From assembly GCA_049598495.1 (NCBI GenBank), contig JBMYNR010000032.1, positions 1 to 19,484 on the forward strand: a stretch of DNA of 19,484 bases, written 5' to 3'. Source of the DNA: Opitutales bacterium. GTDB lineage: Bacteria > Verrucomicrobiota > Verrucomicrobiia > Opitutales > Coraliomargaritaceae. Position 1 is the first letter of the stretch, and every line of letters starts with the position of its first letter. The notes under the pieces are model-generated. The model saw nothing but the letters and a program-made list of their open reading frames with translations, searched no databases and was not told where the DNA came from. A program made the position numbers and the translations under genes. Shown here piece after piece: positions 6,917 through 15,572 of this stretch.

Positions 6917-8460
6917 TGGGTAGAATACGCCATTTGATCGTGGTCTTTGGCGACCAGTTGGATCACGCGTCGGTGGCTTTCGAGGGCTTTGATCCGGATC
7001 AGGATGCTGTCTGGATGGCCGAAGTGGATTATGAGGCCAAACATGTTTGGTCACACAAGCAGAGGATTGCGCTTTTCCTATCTGCAATGCGGCACTTCCG
7101 CGATGAGTTGCGGGAACGGGGATTCCATGTTTTCTATACGGAACTCGATTCCGTGTCATTGGCAGAGAGATTTTCGATGCGACTCTCGGAGGATTTAAAA
7201 GCCTGCATGCCAAAGAAGGTGATAGTGGTTCGTCCAGGGGAATGGCGGGTGCTCGAGGGACTGGAAAAGCTCTGTCTTAAGGAAGGCTATTATCTCGAGT
7301 TGCGCGAGGATGCCCATTTCTACACCACGCCCGACGACTTTAAGGTACACGCGCAAGGACGGAAGGCGCTGCGTATGGAATTCTTCTACCGTGAACTCCG
7401 AAAACGTTTTGATATCTTAATGGAAACCGGAAAGCCGATCGGTGGTGATTGGAACTACGATAAGGAAAACCGGGGTTCTTTTGGGAAGGCTGGCCCGGAC
7501 GAGCCGAATGCCGGGCCAGGGCATCCTCCTGATGCGATCACCCGGGAAGTGATTGAACTTGTGGAGACTCGCTTCGGAGATCATCCGGGCTCACTCGATT
7601 CCTTTGCCTGGGCGGTCACACGTGTAGAGGCCCTAAGCGATCTGAGGCGATTTCTTGAGGAGCGCCTTCCGCTTTTCGGTCAATATCAGGATGCGATGTG
7701 GACCGATGAGCCCTGGCTCTATCATTCGCTGTTGAGCACCTCGCTGAATTTGAAATTGCTAAATCCCCGTGAGGTGGTCGATGCCGCGGAGCAAGCCTAC
7801 ATGGACGGGCAGGCCCCTCTTGCGGCAGTGGAAGGATTCATCCGCCAAATACTAGGCTGGCGCGAGTATGTGCGCGGGATTTACTGGATCTATATGCCGG
7901 GGTATCTTGAGCGTAATGAGATGAGGGCGGGTGAGACACTGCCTGAATTCTACTGGACGGGTGAGACGGAGTTCGAGTGTTTGCGGCAATCAATCGGGCA
8001 GACGCTCGAACATGGTTACGCACATCATATTCAGCGGTTGATGGTCACGGGGCTCTACGCGCTCCTTCTAGGAGTTGATCCAAAACAAGTCCACGAGTGG
8101 TATCTGGCAGCTTATGTCGATGCGGTTGAGTGGGTCGAGTTGCCGAATACTCTGGGTATGTCGCAGTATGGTGACGGAGGTTTGATGGCGTCCAAGCCAT
8201 ACATTGCAACGGGGAGTTACATCAATAAAATGAGTAACTACTGCAACAATTGTCCGAAGAATCCGAAGGAGAAGACTGGGAACAAGGCCTGCCCGTTCAC
8301 GACCCTTTATTGGGACTACCTGATTCGGCACGAGGATAAACTTCGAAAGAATAATCGTATGAGCCTCCAAGTTCGAAACTTGGCCCGCATTGACGAGGAG
8401 GAGCGCAGAGCTATACGGGAAGCTGCCGATGGGATTCGCAAAACAAACAAGTCAGATTAA
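6913..8460 (+). CDS. phrB: FeS-type bacterial cryptochrome/(6-4) photolyase (FeS-BCP; PhrB/CryB-like)
   Basis: GDQL, HKQRIALFLSAMRHF, GGDWNYDKENR, EGFIRQILGWREY, YAHHIQRLM, ASKPY and four cluster cysteines (ECL, YCNNC, ACPF). ATGA overlap with the upstream photolyase. Confidence 0.94.
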   Translation: MMGRIRHLIVVFGDQLDHASVAFEGFDPDQDAVWMAEVDYEAKHVWSHKQRIALFLSAMRHFRDELRERGFHVFYTELDSVSLAERFSMRLSEDLKACMPKKVIVVRPGEWRVLEGLEKLCLKEGYYLELREDAHFYTTPDDFKVHAQGRKALRMEFFYRELRKRFDILMETGKPIGGDWNYDKENRGSFGKAGPDEPNAGPGHPPDAITREVIELVETRFGDHPGSLDSFAWAVTRVEALSDLRRFLEERLPLFGQYQDAMWTDEPWLYHSLLSTSLNLKLLNPREVVDAAEQAYMDGQAPLAAVEGFIRQILGWREYVRGIYWIYMPGYLERNEMRAGETLPEFYWTGETEFECLRQSIGQTLEHGYAHHIQRLMVTGLYALLLGVDPKQVHEWYLAAYVDAVEWVELPNTLGMSQYGDGGLMASKPYIATGSYINKMSNYCNNCPKNPKEKTGNKACPFTTLYWDYLIRHEDKLRKNNRMSLQVRNLARIDEEERRAIREAADGIRKTNKSD

Positions 8461-8472
8461 AATAAAAAATGT

Positions 8473-9360
8473 ATGAGTAGTCAGACTATTTTAGTAACGG
8501 GGGCTTCGGGACTTGTTGGGCGTCCGCTTTGCCGCGCTCTTCGTGAACGCGATCATCAAGTGCTGACAGTCTCGCGTGGGAACAGTGGAGATTTCAAATG
8601 GGATATTGATTCGGCGGAGTTCGATGCAAGTGCGTTGGCGGGTGTAGATGTGGTCATCCATCTAGCGGGGGAAACGGTCGCTCAGCGTTGGACAAAGGAG
8701 GCCAAGGCGCGAATTCTCAATAGTCGTGTCCGAAGCACCCGTTTGCTCGTAGATGCGATTCTTGCAACGGAGAAGCGCCCGGCATTGATCTCGGCATCGG
8801 GAATTAGTTACTACGGAGTGGATCGAGCGGAGCCGATGGACGAGAATGCTGTATCGGGTAGCGGATTTCTGGCAGAAGTAACCCGTCAATGGGAGGGCGC
8901 TGCTCAGCCACTGCTCGAAATGGGGTTGCGCACGGTTTTCATGCGTACGGGGATCGTATTGAGCCGGCATGGCGGCGCGCTCGCGAAGATGCTGCCTCCT
9001 TTTCAGCTGGGCTTGGGTGGCCGGGTCGGTAGTGGACGTCAGTGGATGAGTTGGGTCAGTTTGCCTGACCTTGTTTCCATGTATCTCTTTGCTGTGGAGA
9101 ACCAGACTTTAACTGGCGCGGTTAATGCCGTTGCCCCATACGCCTCAAGCAATGCCGAGTTCACGAAAATACTTGGTAAAGTTCTTGGTCGTCCGACTTT
9201 CTTTCCTTTTCCTGCCGCTCTTGTGAAGGCGCTCTTCGGAGAGATGGGAAAAGAAACGGTCTTGAGTAATTTAGCGATCCTTCCCCGTAAGTTCGAGGAA
9301 TATGGATTCGTTTGGCGCACCCCGAATTTGGAGCAGGCTCTAAAAGAAACACTCCAATGA
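8473..9360 (+). CDS. TIGR01777 family NAD-dependent epimerase/SDR (YfcH-like)
   Basis: ILVTGASGLVG, VIHLAGE, RWT...ILNSRV, GGALAKMLPPFQLGLGG, GSGRQWMSWV. Confidence 0.93.
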   Translation: MSSQTILVTGASGLVGRPLCRALRERDHQVLTVSRGNSGDFKWDIDSAEFDASALAGVDVVIHLAGETVAQRWTKEAKARILNSRVRSTRLLVDAILATEKRPALISASGISYYGVDRAEPMDENAVSGSGFLAEVTRQWEGAAQPLLEMGLRTVFMRTGIVLSRHGGALAKMLPPFQLGLGGRVGSGRQWMSWVSLPDLVSMYLFAVENQTLTGAVNAVAPYASSNAEFTKILGKVLGRPTFFPFPAALVKALFGEMGKETVLSNLAILPRKFEEYGFVWRTPNLEQALKETLQ

Positions 9361-10328
9361 AGGCGACTGAAGTTTTGATCATCGGAGCCGGTATCAGTGG
9401 ACTCCTTTGTGCGACCGAGCTTCGTCGGGCCGGCAAGTCGGTGCGTATCCTTGATAAGGGGCGCGGCTTTGGTGGACGTATGGCGACACGATCTATGTCA
9501 GGCGGGCGCTTGGATTATGGAGCGCAGTTTTTCACTGTTCGAGACCAGCGGTTGCAGAGCTATGTTGATGAATGGTTGCAGGCAGGCATCATTCGGGAAT
9601 GGTTCCGGCATCTTCCCGAAGACACAAATCCCGAGGGTTACCCCCGCTATTGCGGTGTTCATGGGATGACGGACGTGCCCAAGCATCTCGCCAGTAATCT
9701 GGAAATTCAACACTCTCAGCAAGTCATTGAGCTGGCCCGTGATACCAATGTATGGATCGCTCGAACGGAGGCAGGAGATAACTTTCTCGGCTCGCATTTG
9801 GTGATCACTGCACCTCTGCCGCAAGCGCTCAATCTGCTCGATATGACGGGCTTGCGGTATGCAAATGGCGATACTTCAGCCTTGCGGGCGATTCGCTATG
9901 AGAAAGGACTTGCGACCCTCGCGATTCTTGATGGGCCCAGCGGACTTGAGCAGCCGGGCGGCTGCAAGGTTCACGAGGCGCCACTGACGTGGATCGGCGA
10001 CAATCAACAGAAGGGGATTTCAGCCGATGTTTCGGCAGTCACTATCCACGCGGACGCAGCCTTCGCTGAAGCTCACTGGGACTCTCCCGACGAAATTCGC
10101 GGTCCGTTGATGTTTCAAGCGGCGGCGAATTTTATCAAAGCTGATGTTGTCGAATATACCTGCCATCGTTGGGGTTTTACTACGCCCATCAATCCATGGC
10201 ACGAGAAAATCTACCGGAACCCTGGGCTCCAGCTCACGCTTGCTGGCGATGCCTTTGGCGGGCCAAGGATTGAGGGTGCCGCGCTCTCTGGAATCGAAGC
10301 AGCTCGGACACTGATATCACTTCCTTGA
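9357..10328 (+). CDS. Renalase-like FAD/NAD(P)-dependent oxidoreductase
   Basis: IIGAGISGL, DKGRGFGGRMATR, DYGAQFFT, HRW, AGDAFGGPRIEGAALSG. Start taken as ATG 9357, which overlaps the upstream TGA (ATGA). Confidence 0.92.
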   Translation: MKATEVLIIGAGISGLLCATELRRAGKSVRILDKGRGFGGRMATRSMSGGRLDYGAQFFTVRDQRLQSYVDEWLQAGIIREWFRHLPEDTNPEGYPRYCGVHGMTDVPKHLASNLEIQHSQQVIELARDTNVWIARTEAGDNFLGSHLVITAPLPQALNLLDMTGLRYANGDTSALRAIRYEKGLATLAILDGPSGLEQPGGCKVHEAPLTWIGDNQQKGISADVSAVTIHADAAFAEAHWDSPDEIRGPLMFQAAANFIKADVVEYTCHRWGFTTPINPWHEKIYRNPGLQLTLAGDAFGGPRIEGAALSGIEAARTLISLP

Positions 10329-10500
10329 GAAGACGTATAGGCCGACTCAGCATTCTGATTGGTGACACTGCCAGAGTTTTTTCGGCACTATGTAGCGAAC
10401 GTGCGCCAGGAATGCCCTTTATTATCGAGCGAAATTGAGCGTCTGAGTGGTTCTATTTTAACCGCCCGAGAACCCGAATTTAAAACCGACTGTGTCGGGA

Positions 10501-10565
10501 ACCGCTGATCACCGCTTATGAGAATCGGCAATGGCCGATTCGATGCTGTGGATTGAATCAGCGGT
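10501..10565. repeat. Short inverted-repeat element with ACCGCTGAT/ATCAGCGGT ends
   Basis: ACCGCTGAT (10501-10509) and ATCAGCGGT (10557-10565) enclose the hairpin GAATCGGC-AATG-GCCGATTC; 10501-10519 matches the reverse complement of 59-77 at 17/19. Confidence 0.65.
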
Positions 10566-10669
10566 ATAAAGATACGGCCCTTAATGATAAGCTCCTTTGC
10601 CCCATGTCCTCGAAATCTGATGAAGATTACGAGTGGCCTCCCTACGGTCGATTCCGCTTGCGGGATTTT
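10557..10669. repeat. Dispersed ~110-nt element, copy 2
   Basis: About 81% identical to 69-179 by manual alignment, same orientation. Confidence 0.9.
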
Positions 10670-10671
10670 TT
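10651..10671 (+). terminator. Possible intrinsic terminator of the photolyase operon, supplied by the repeat
   Basis: ATTCCG-CTTG-CGGGAT hairpin (CUUG tetraloop) followed by a T run; about 320 nt after the last stop codon. Confidence 0.4.
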
Positions 10672-10768
10672 AACCGCTAAAGGACGCTCAGTTTTCGCTA
10701 AAAACTGAAGGAGCAAGATCCGGAACCAAGATTATAGGGTTCCTTTAGTGTATTTTAGCGGTTAAAAA
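10667..10768. repeat. MITE-like element with 15-bp perfect terminal inverted repeats
   Basis: TTTTTAACCGCTAAA (10667-10681)/TTTAGCGGTTAAAAA (10754-10768), with internal degenerate CGCTAA/TTAGTG sub-repeats. Confidence 0.7.
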
Positions 10769-10831
10769 GAAACGTCCGATCCGACTCGGTATCGACCAAC
10801 CGTCTTTGCTCGTTGAGCTAAGTCGAGAAAT

Positions 10832-10860
10832 GGTGGGGCCGGCTACAGCCCCAGCCTACG
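10832..10860 (-). repeat. GTAG-headed palindrome just downstream of the AsmA-like gene
   Basis: Minus strand CGTAGGCTGGGGCTGTAGCCGGCCCCACC contains GTAG plus a TGGGGC/GCCCCA stem. Confidence 0.4.
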
Positions 10861-10881
10861 TCAAACGAATCGCAGAACCCT

Positions 10882-13572
10882 CTAGAACCTAGGGATGAGG
10901 TTTCTTGGGTCGTAAAGCGAGCGGAGCTTTTGATCCTGAATGGTGCCGGTCAATTCGAACTCCAGAAGGTTGGATATCGGTTTGGTAATCAGTTCGCTAA
11001 TTTTTCGAATGTTGGATTTAGCATCGCCGACATTACGAAAGAGGTAAACACTAAGCCTCATGTCTAGGGACTGGTCTTTGAGATTGAGTGTCCCCGGGGT
11101 GCGAATCTGAGTCAGCGGACCATCAATTTGCAAAGGATCGAAAGTGACGAGCTCGTCTTGATAGCGGAAGCTGCCGCCCATTTGATTTAACTTGAATGAG
11201 GTGAAATTAAGTTGGGTGTTTTGGAGCAGTTTGGAGAGTGGGCCGAGTAACTGAAGTGTGCCGAGTTTCTGGCTGCGCATCTCGAAGACACCATTCCCTG
11301 AATGGGCCAGGACGTTGCTGATCGGACCTGATCCTTTGATCTTAAAGTCGATTCGCGCCTCCTCTCGTTGCGGTTGCGTGGGACCCTCGGCGATTTCGGT
11401 CTCGAAGCTATTTTCGATCTCGTCAAGTCGTGGGAGATTTTGAATGGCCTCGTTCTTGTTGGCATCGACCAGTTCAAGTGCGTAGCGGACCGAACTCTCG
11501 CTGTTTTTAGGGGTAAGAACATCAATGTTTGCACGGCCGATACCGTTGGCATAACCGAACTCAAAATCGCGTAAGTAGGTCATGCCGGCACGTCCGTAGA
11601 GCATGAAATTCAAGTAATCAAGCGGGACCTGTTTATAGCTGATTGGCTCCTCGCACACGGCTCTTATGTCGAAGTAGCTCTTGCCTGAGTATTCCGGATA
11701 GGCGTCGTTGAATATGGCGCCCTCTAAACGGGTGATCGGCAGGGCCTCTGTATCGAAGTCGCCGATAATGGCGGCAATGCGACGACCGAAGAGTTTACCC
11801 GCATCTTCTAGTGTCAACGTAGCCTCCATGTCGAGGCGGACGGAAGCGGGACTGCGAACTTCGTCGAGTTTAGAGGAAAAGGAGATATTCCCTTTCGCAC
11901 TTCCCTGGCCACTACGGGCTTTCAGTTGACGTAATTCGGTATATGGGCCGCGCCCGCGGACGATGAGTTCGCCCTCGTCCAGCAGAACATCGCGGTAGCG
12001 AACTTTGCGGGCTTCTGTATGCCCAAAATAGAGATCAGCAGCCCTGCGCCCGGTGTTTCCATAAATGATGAAATCGCTCCGGCTGTATTCAATATCGCTG
12101 AAATCAAACTCGCGGAAAATCGCTTCCCACCAGCGAGGCATGATGGAGTTGTAATCGTGAGGAATGGCGCTACCAACCACGGTCGCTCGATAATCCTTGG
12201 CGCTGTTAAGACTTAACTTCAGGTCAAGCCATTGTTCCTTTCGTCCGAGGAAGAGCTTATCAATGGTGTAAAGTTCATCTTCGTAGGTCCCCTTCGCCCG
12301 AATATGATCGAAGTGTAGGTCTTCGATGATGACGTCCTTTACGTCGGCAAGCAGCGTTGTCCTTTTTGGCGAGAAATTCTCGTCGAAATGAACATTAAGG
12401 TCAAAATACGGAGTATGCCCGAAACGTATCTCAGGAATCCATCCATTCAGGCTCTGAGGGGCAATCTTCCCAAGGTCGATGCTTCCTTTTGCCTGAATGC
12501 TGCCCGACCAGTTTTCGGTATTGAGGAGGCCTTGAAGGATAAACGCGCCATCTAGGCTGCAGGCGGATCCGGTGAACTGAAGCTTGGGCAGAGCGCTCGG
12601 GTCGAGCGTGAGGAAGGGTGCATTCAGCTCATATGTTAAGGCAGATAGGGTCCTGGCGGCAAGGCGCATGGGGGGGAGTCTACCTTCGATGACCGTAGCC
12701 ACACTCTCAGCTGGAATCTCGGCGACGAGATCCTCGATCCGGACTTGATATTTCGGTATGCTTAAACTCGAGGCTCTTAGTAGAGGAGGTTGGATGGTCA
12801 CAAGTTCTGTCTCGCACCAGGCGAGAACGAATTCCATCTCGACGCGTTCGCCGCTGATTCCAGAGAGATTCAGCTCAAGGCTGCTCAGCTTTGCTGATAA
12901 CTGTTGAGCGCTCTTGCTCGATGCCTTGAATACGATTGTGGGGCTCTCGAGTGAACCAATGCGTTCCTTCTGCTGACGAAGCCTGCCGACTTCCGTGTAG
13001 AAGCGCCGCATCATTTCGGAGAGTTCGATTTCCTGGCCTGATCGGGGGAGCTCATCGGGGATATCGAATGCACCACGCAAGCTTATTTCCTCATGGAGAG
13101 CGGCAAAACGATCGACTTCCAGTGATCCTTCACCTGGGCGAATTCGCAATGCGATTTTCTCAAGCAGAGGGCTATGCTCACCATTCGGCGAATACACCGC
13201 CGGTGTGTAGAAAGTGCCGCCGGAGACAACAACACTTTCCAAAATTGGCAGATCAAAGCCATTCATCGAGAGAGCCAACTCGGCTGAGTCGGCTCGAAAA
13301 AGCGCCTGTTTGATCGGGTCAACATGGATCTCAAGTCCAATGAATTCAAAGCGTCCATTTGCGCGCAGCCGAAGTTCGGCCATTGTGGCTTTCAACACTT
13401 GAGGTGTCTTGTGTGCCAGCAGTCGATTTCCCCACTCGGCGGGTAGCGGTAGGTATCCATAAATGATTAGGTTCGCAGCGATAAAAGCCTGCGCCATAAA
13501 TAGCAACAAGAGGAGCGCATCCAAAAATAACTCCAGCGGGATACTTGGCCGGATTTTCTTGGGCGTCGCCAT
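10882..13572 (-). CDS. AsmA-like (repeating beta-groove) envelope protein
   Basis: N-terminal membrane anchor (LFLDALLLLLFMAQAFIAANLIIYGYL), beta-rich body, and an AsmA_2-like C-terminus (GSFRYQDELVTFDPLQIDGP..IRTPGTLNLKDQSLDMRL...FELTGTIQD). Start is ATG 13572 or GTG 13590. Confidence 0.78.
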   Translation of the reverse strand: MATPKKIRPSIPLELFLDALLLLLFMAQAFIAANLIIYGYLPLPAEWGNRLLAHKTPQVLKATMAELRLRANGRFEFIGLEIHVDPIKQALFRADSAELALSMNGFDLPILESVVVSGGTFYTPAVYSPNGEHSPLLEKIALRIRPGEGSLEVDRFAALHEEISLRGAFDIPDELPRSGQEIELSEMMRRFYTEVGRLRQQKERIGSLESPTIVFKASSKSAQQLSAKLSSLELNLSGISGERVEMEFVLAWCETELVTIQPPLLRASSLSIPKYQVRIEDLVAEIPAESVATVIEGRLPPMRLAARTLSALTYELNAPFLTLDPSALPKLQFTGSACSLDGAFILQGLLNTENWSGSIQAKGSIDLGKIAPQSLNGWIPEIRFGHTPYFDLNVHFDENFSPKRTTLLADVKDVIIEDLHFDHIRAKGTYEDELYTIDKLFLGRKEQWLDLKLSLNSAKDYRATVVGSAIPHDYNSIMPRWWEAIFREFDFSDIEYSRSDFIIYGNTGRRAADLYFGHTEARKVRYRDVLLDEGELIVRGRGPYTELRQLKARSGQGSAKGNISFSSKLDEVRSPASVRLDMEATLTLEDAGKLFGRRIAAIIGDFDTEALPITRLEGAIFNDAYPEYSGKSYFDIRAVCEEPISYKQVPLDYLNFMLYGRAGMTYLRDFEFGYANGIGRANIDVLTPKNSESSVRYALELVDANKNEAIQNLPRLDEIENSFETEIAEGPTQPQREEARIDFKIKGSGPISNVLAHSGNGVFEMRSQKLGTLQLLGPLSKLLQNTQLNFTSFKLNQMGGSFRYQDELVTFDPLQIDGPLTQIRTPGTLNLKDQSLDMRLSVYLFRNVGDAKSNIRKISELITKPISNLLEFELTGTIQDQKLRSLYDPRNLIPRF

Positions 13573-13609
13573 GACCTGTCTCTTGTTCACTGAATTTGGC
13601 CGTGCGACT

Positions 13610-15568
13610 CTATGAGGCCAGGTTCACCTGAGTGTTCGTGGCTTCTGGAATTGGCTCAATCGGCGCCGGATCAGGGATTGGCTCATCTTTCGCTTCGGGT
13701 GGTAGCTCCATATCATCCGTCAGCTCGTAGAGTGCATCGATCAATGTTTGTGGGATTTCGAAGATACTCTTGTGGCGCTCAGAGCCGCCACCCTGGATTG
13801 TCCCGGATATTCGCTCGGTGAAGACGTATTCCCTCGTTTCCTCCCGATCGGTTTCCCCGCCCGGTAGTTGAATGGTGGCGCTCAATCGGTAGACCCAGGG
13901 GAGGCTTTTTTCTCTGTTGAGGGGGTAGCTGTGCTCAAAGCGGTCGAGGAGATAGCTATCGACTCGGAACGTGCGAACGCTTGCGAGTAACTCCTCGATG
14001 TGGCCAGCTCTGTTCGCATCCAGCGTTTCAAGAAGGGCTGGCCAATCGGCAGTCGCATCGTTGAGCGAGAGGTTGAAAACGTCTTGGTCCGTATCGATTC
14101 TGGAGAGACGGATAGCGCTAATCTTTGCGGCTTGGGGTAGTGTGTCCAGAGAACGGATGCGATAGTGCCGAGTATTCAGCGGGAGTATATTCAGTGTGGA
14201 TTGGCGATCGACTTCATAGATGAAGTCCGCACCTGTGGTTTTAGCGTAGAGACCATTCTCATCGTCTTCTGGGTGAGCCAGTGTTAGGCTTATTGGCTCC
14301 TCATTTTTTAGACTTAGCGTTACGATGCGCCGCGGTTGATTGAAACCCAGCCGGTTATTATCCGTCGGTGATGGTGCATCCACGGCAAAGCCAATCGCAC
14401 GGAGACCCGCCAGATGATCAATCAGGGCCTGTGTGATCTCCGGGTCGGCTCGGTGGGGTCGGATTTCTGAGTCTTCTGTGCTTTCGAGCACTTGCCAATC
14501 GCCCGTCTCCAGTTTTTGGAGACGTATCTTGCGTCCGTTCCCTGCGATGTTGATTGATGAAAGCGCATCCCTATCAAAGCTCATGAAGTTGCGTTCGCGA
14601 AGGGCTTCCTGCGCTTCTCTAAGGTTGTCAAAGGGGCGCGCAGAAACAGTGAATACGGCGGGATTATCTTCCAATTTTGCAAAATACTCTGCTGCGCCTT
14701 GCGAGACTGGGTCGATGTTCCCGATTAGAAGCGTCTGTCGCCGCTTGTTCCCATGGATCGTCACGCGCATAAAGGGATTTTCGAGACCTTGGAGGAGCGG
14801 ATCGATCTCGGCAGCTTCCACGAAGCGTCCAACTTTGGCAGCGGTCAGGGTGTTGATTGTGCCATCTACGAGCGCAGGATCTGCCTTCGCCGAGAGTGGG
14901 GCCTCGAAAGTCCATTCGCCGCTGTTTCGAGCGAGGCGCACTTTTAGGTAGTTGCCGTCGCCCGGATTTTCAGAGCGGATTTGAAGTCCGAGCGCAGCGA
15001 CTTCGAAGACAGGAATATCAAAAATTTCGCGGGTTCTCAGATCGTTCAGATCGACTAGGAGACCGCCGATGACCTCGCTGTTGACGACAAAAATCTCCCG
15101 TTGGTTGGGGCCAAGTAGGTAGACCTTGTTCCCGATTTCAGTGACGGTTCCAATTCTCAGTGAAACAGCTTCGTCTTTCTCCGCGATGGTGAGTTTAAGG
15201 ATCGGTTTTGCTAAGCCGTAGTCGGCAAGTGTCTGTCCTGCCTTTTCGATCTCCTCGATAGTAAAGGAGGCCTCTTCCTCTAGAAACTGCAACTGGTTCA
15301 GGATACGATTAATAGCGAAATAGTTGGCTGACCATTGCATTGGTTCGATCAGCGCCCAGGATGAACCGCGCCGCTCGAGAATCCGTGGCTTATCCAGACC
15401 ACGTCCGCTTAACTCAATCCGGTCGGCCTCAATCAACTCACGCCCGATTTGTGCGGAGAGACCTCCGGTTGAAAATTCGGTTTGCTTGGCCTGATTGTTG
15501 AGATAGGCGATCAAACCGAAGGTAATGATATTTAGAGCGAAGAGAAATATTGTGAACTTAAAGCGCAT
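13610..15568 (-). CDS. Membrane-anchored protein with tandem DUF4340 domains
   Basis: N-terminal TM; three repeats of W-x-(L/F/V)..A(N/D)...(Y/Q/L)G(L/F)xxP...L(R/L/T)(I/L)(G/A), plus a degenerate fourth; Pro-rich tail. Confidence 0.85.
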   Translation of the reverse strand: MRFKFTIFLFALNIITFGLIAYLNNQAKQTEFSTGGLSAQIGRELIEADRIELSGRGLDKPRILERRGSSWALIEPMQWSANYFAINRILNQLQFLEEEASFTIEEIEKAGQTLADYGLAKPILKLTIAEKDEAVSLRIGTVTEIGNKVYLLGPNQREIFVVNSEVIGGLLVDLNDLRTREIFDIPVFEVAALGLQIRSENPGDGNYLKVRLARNSGEWTFEAPLSAKADPALVDGTINTLTAAKVGRFVEAAEIDPLLQGLENPFMRVTIHGNKRRQTLLIGNIDPVSQGAAEYFAKLEDNPAVFTVSARPFDNLREAQEALRERNFMSFDRDALSSINIAGNGRKIRLQKLETGDWQVLESTEDSEIRPHRADPEITQALIDHLAGLRAIGFAVDAPSPTDNNRLGFNQPRRIVTLSLKNEEPISLTLAHPEDDENGLYAKTTGADFIYEVDRQSTLNILPLNTRHYRIRSLDTLPQAAKISAIRLSRIDTDQDVFNLSLNDATADWPALLETLDANRAGHIEELLASVRTFRVDSYLLDRFEHSYPLNREKSLPWVYRLSATIQLPGGETDREETREYVFTERISGTIQGGGSERHKSIFEIPQTLIDALYELTDDMELPPEAKDEPIPDPAPIEPIPEATNTQVNLAS

Positions 15569-15572
15569 AATT

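Noticed and set aside
9312..9356. TTG-started extension of the renalase-like ORF
   Set aside because: It overlaps the upstream gene by 49 nt; ATG 9357 gives the standard ATGA coupling and places the GxGxxG motif at the N-terminus.
10612..10630. Hammerhead ribozyme suggested by GAAA and CTGATGA
   Set aside because: The core elements are not arranged around stems I-III as required, and copy 1 of the element has TCGATGA instead.
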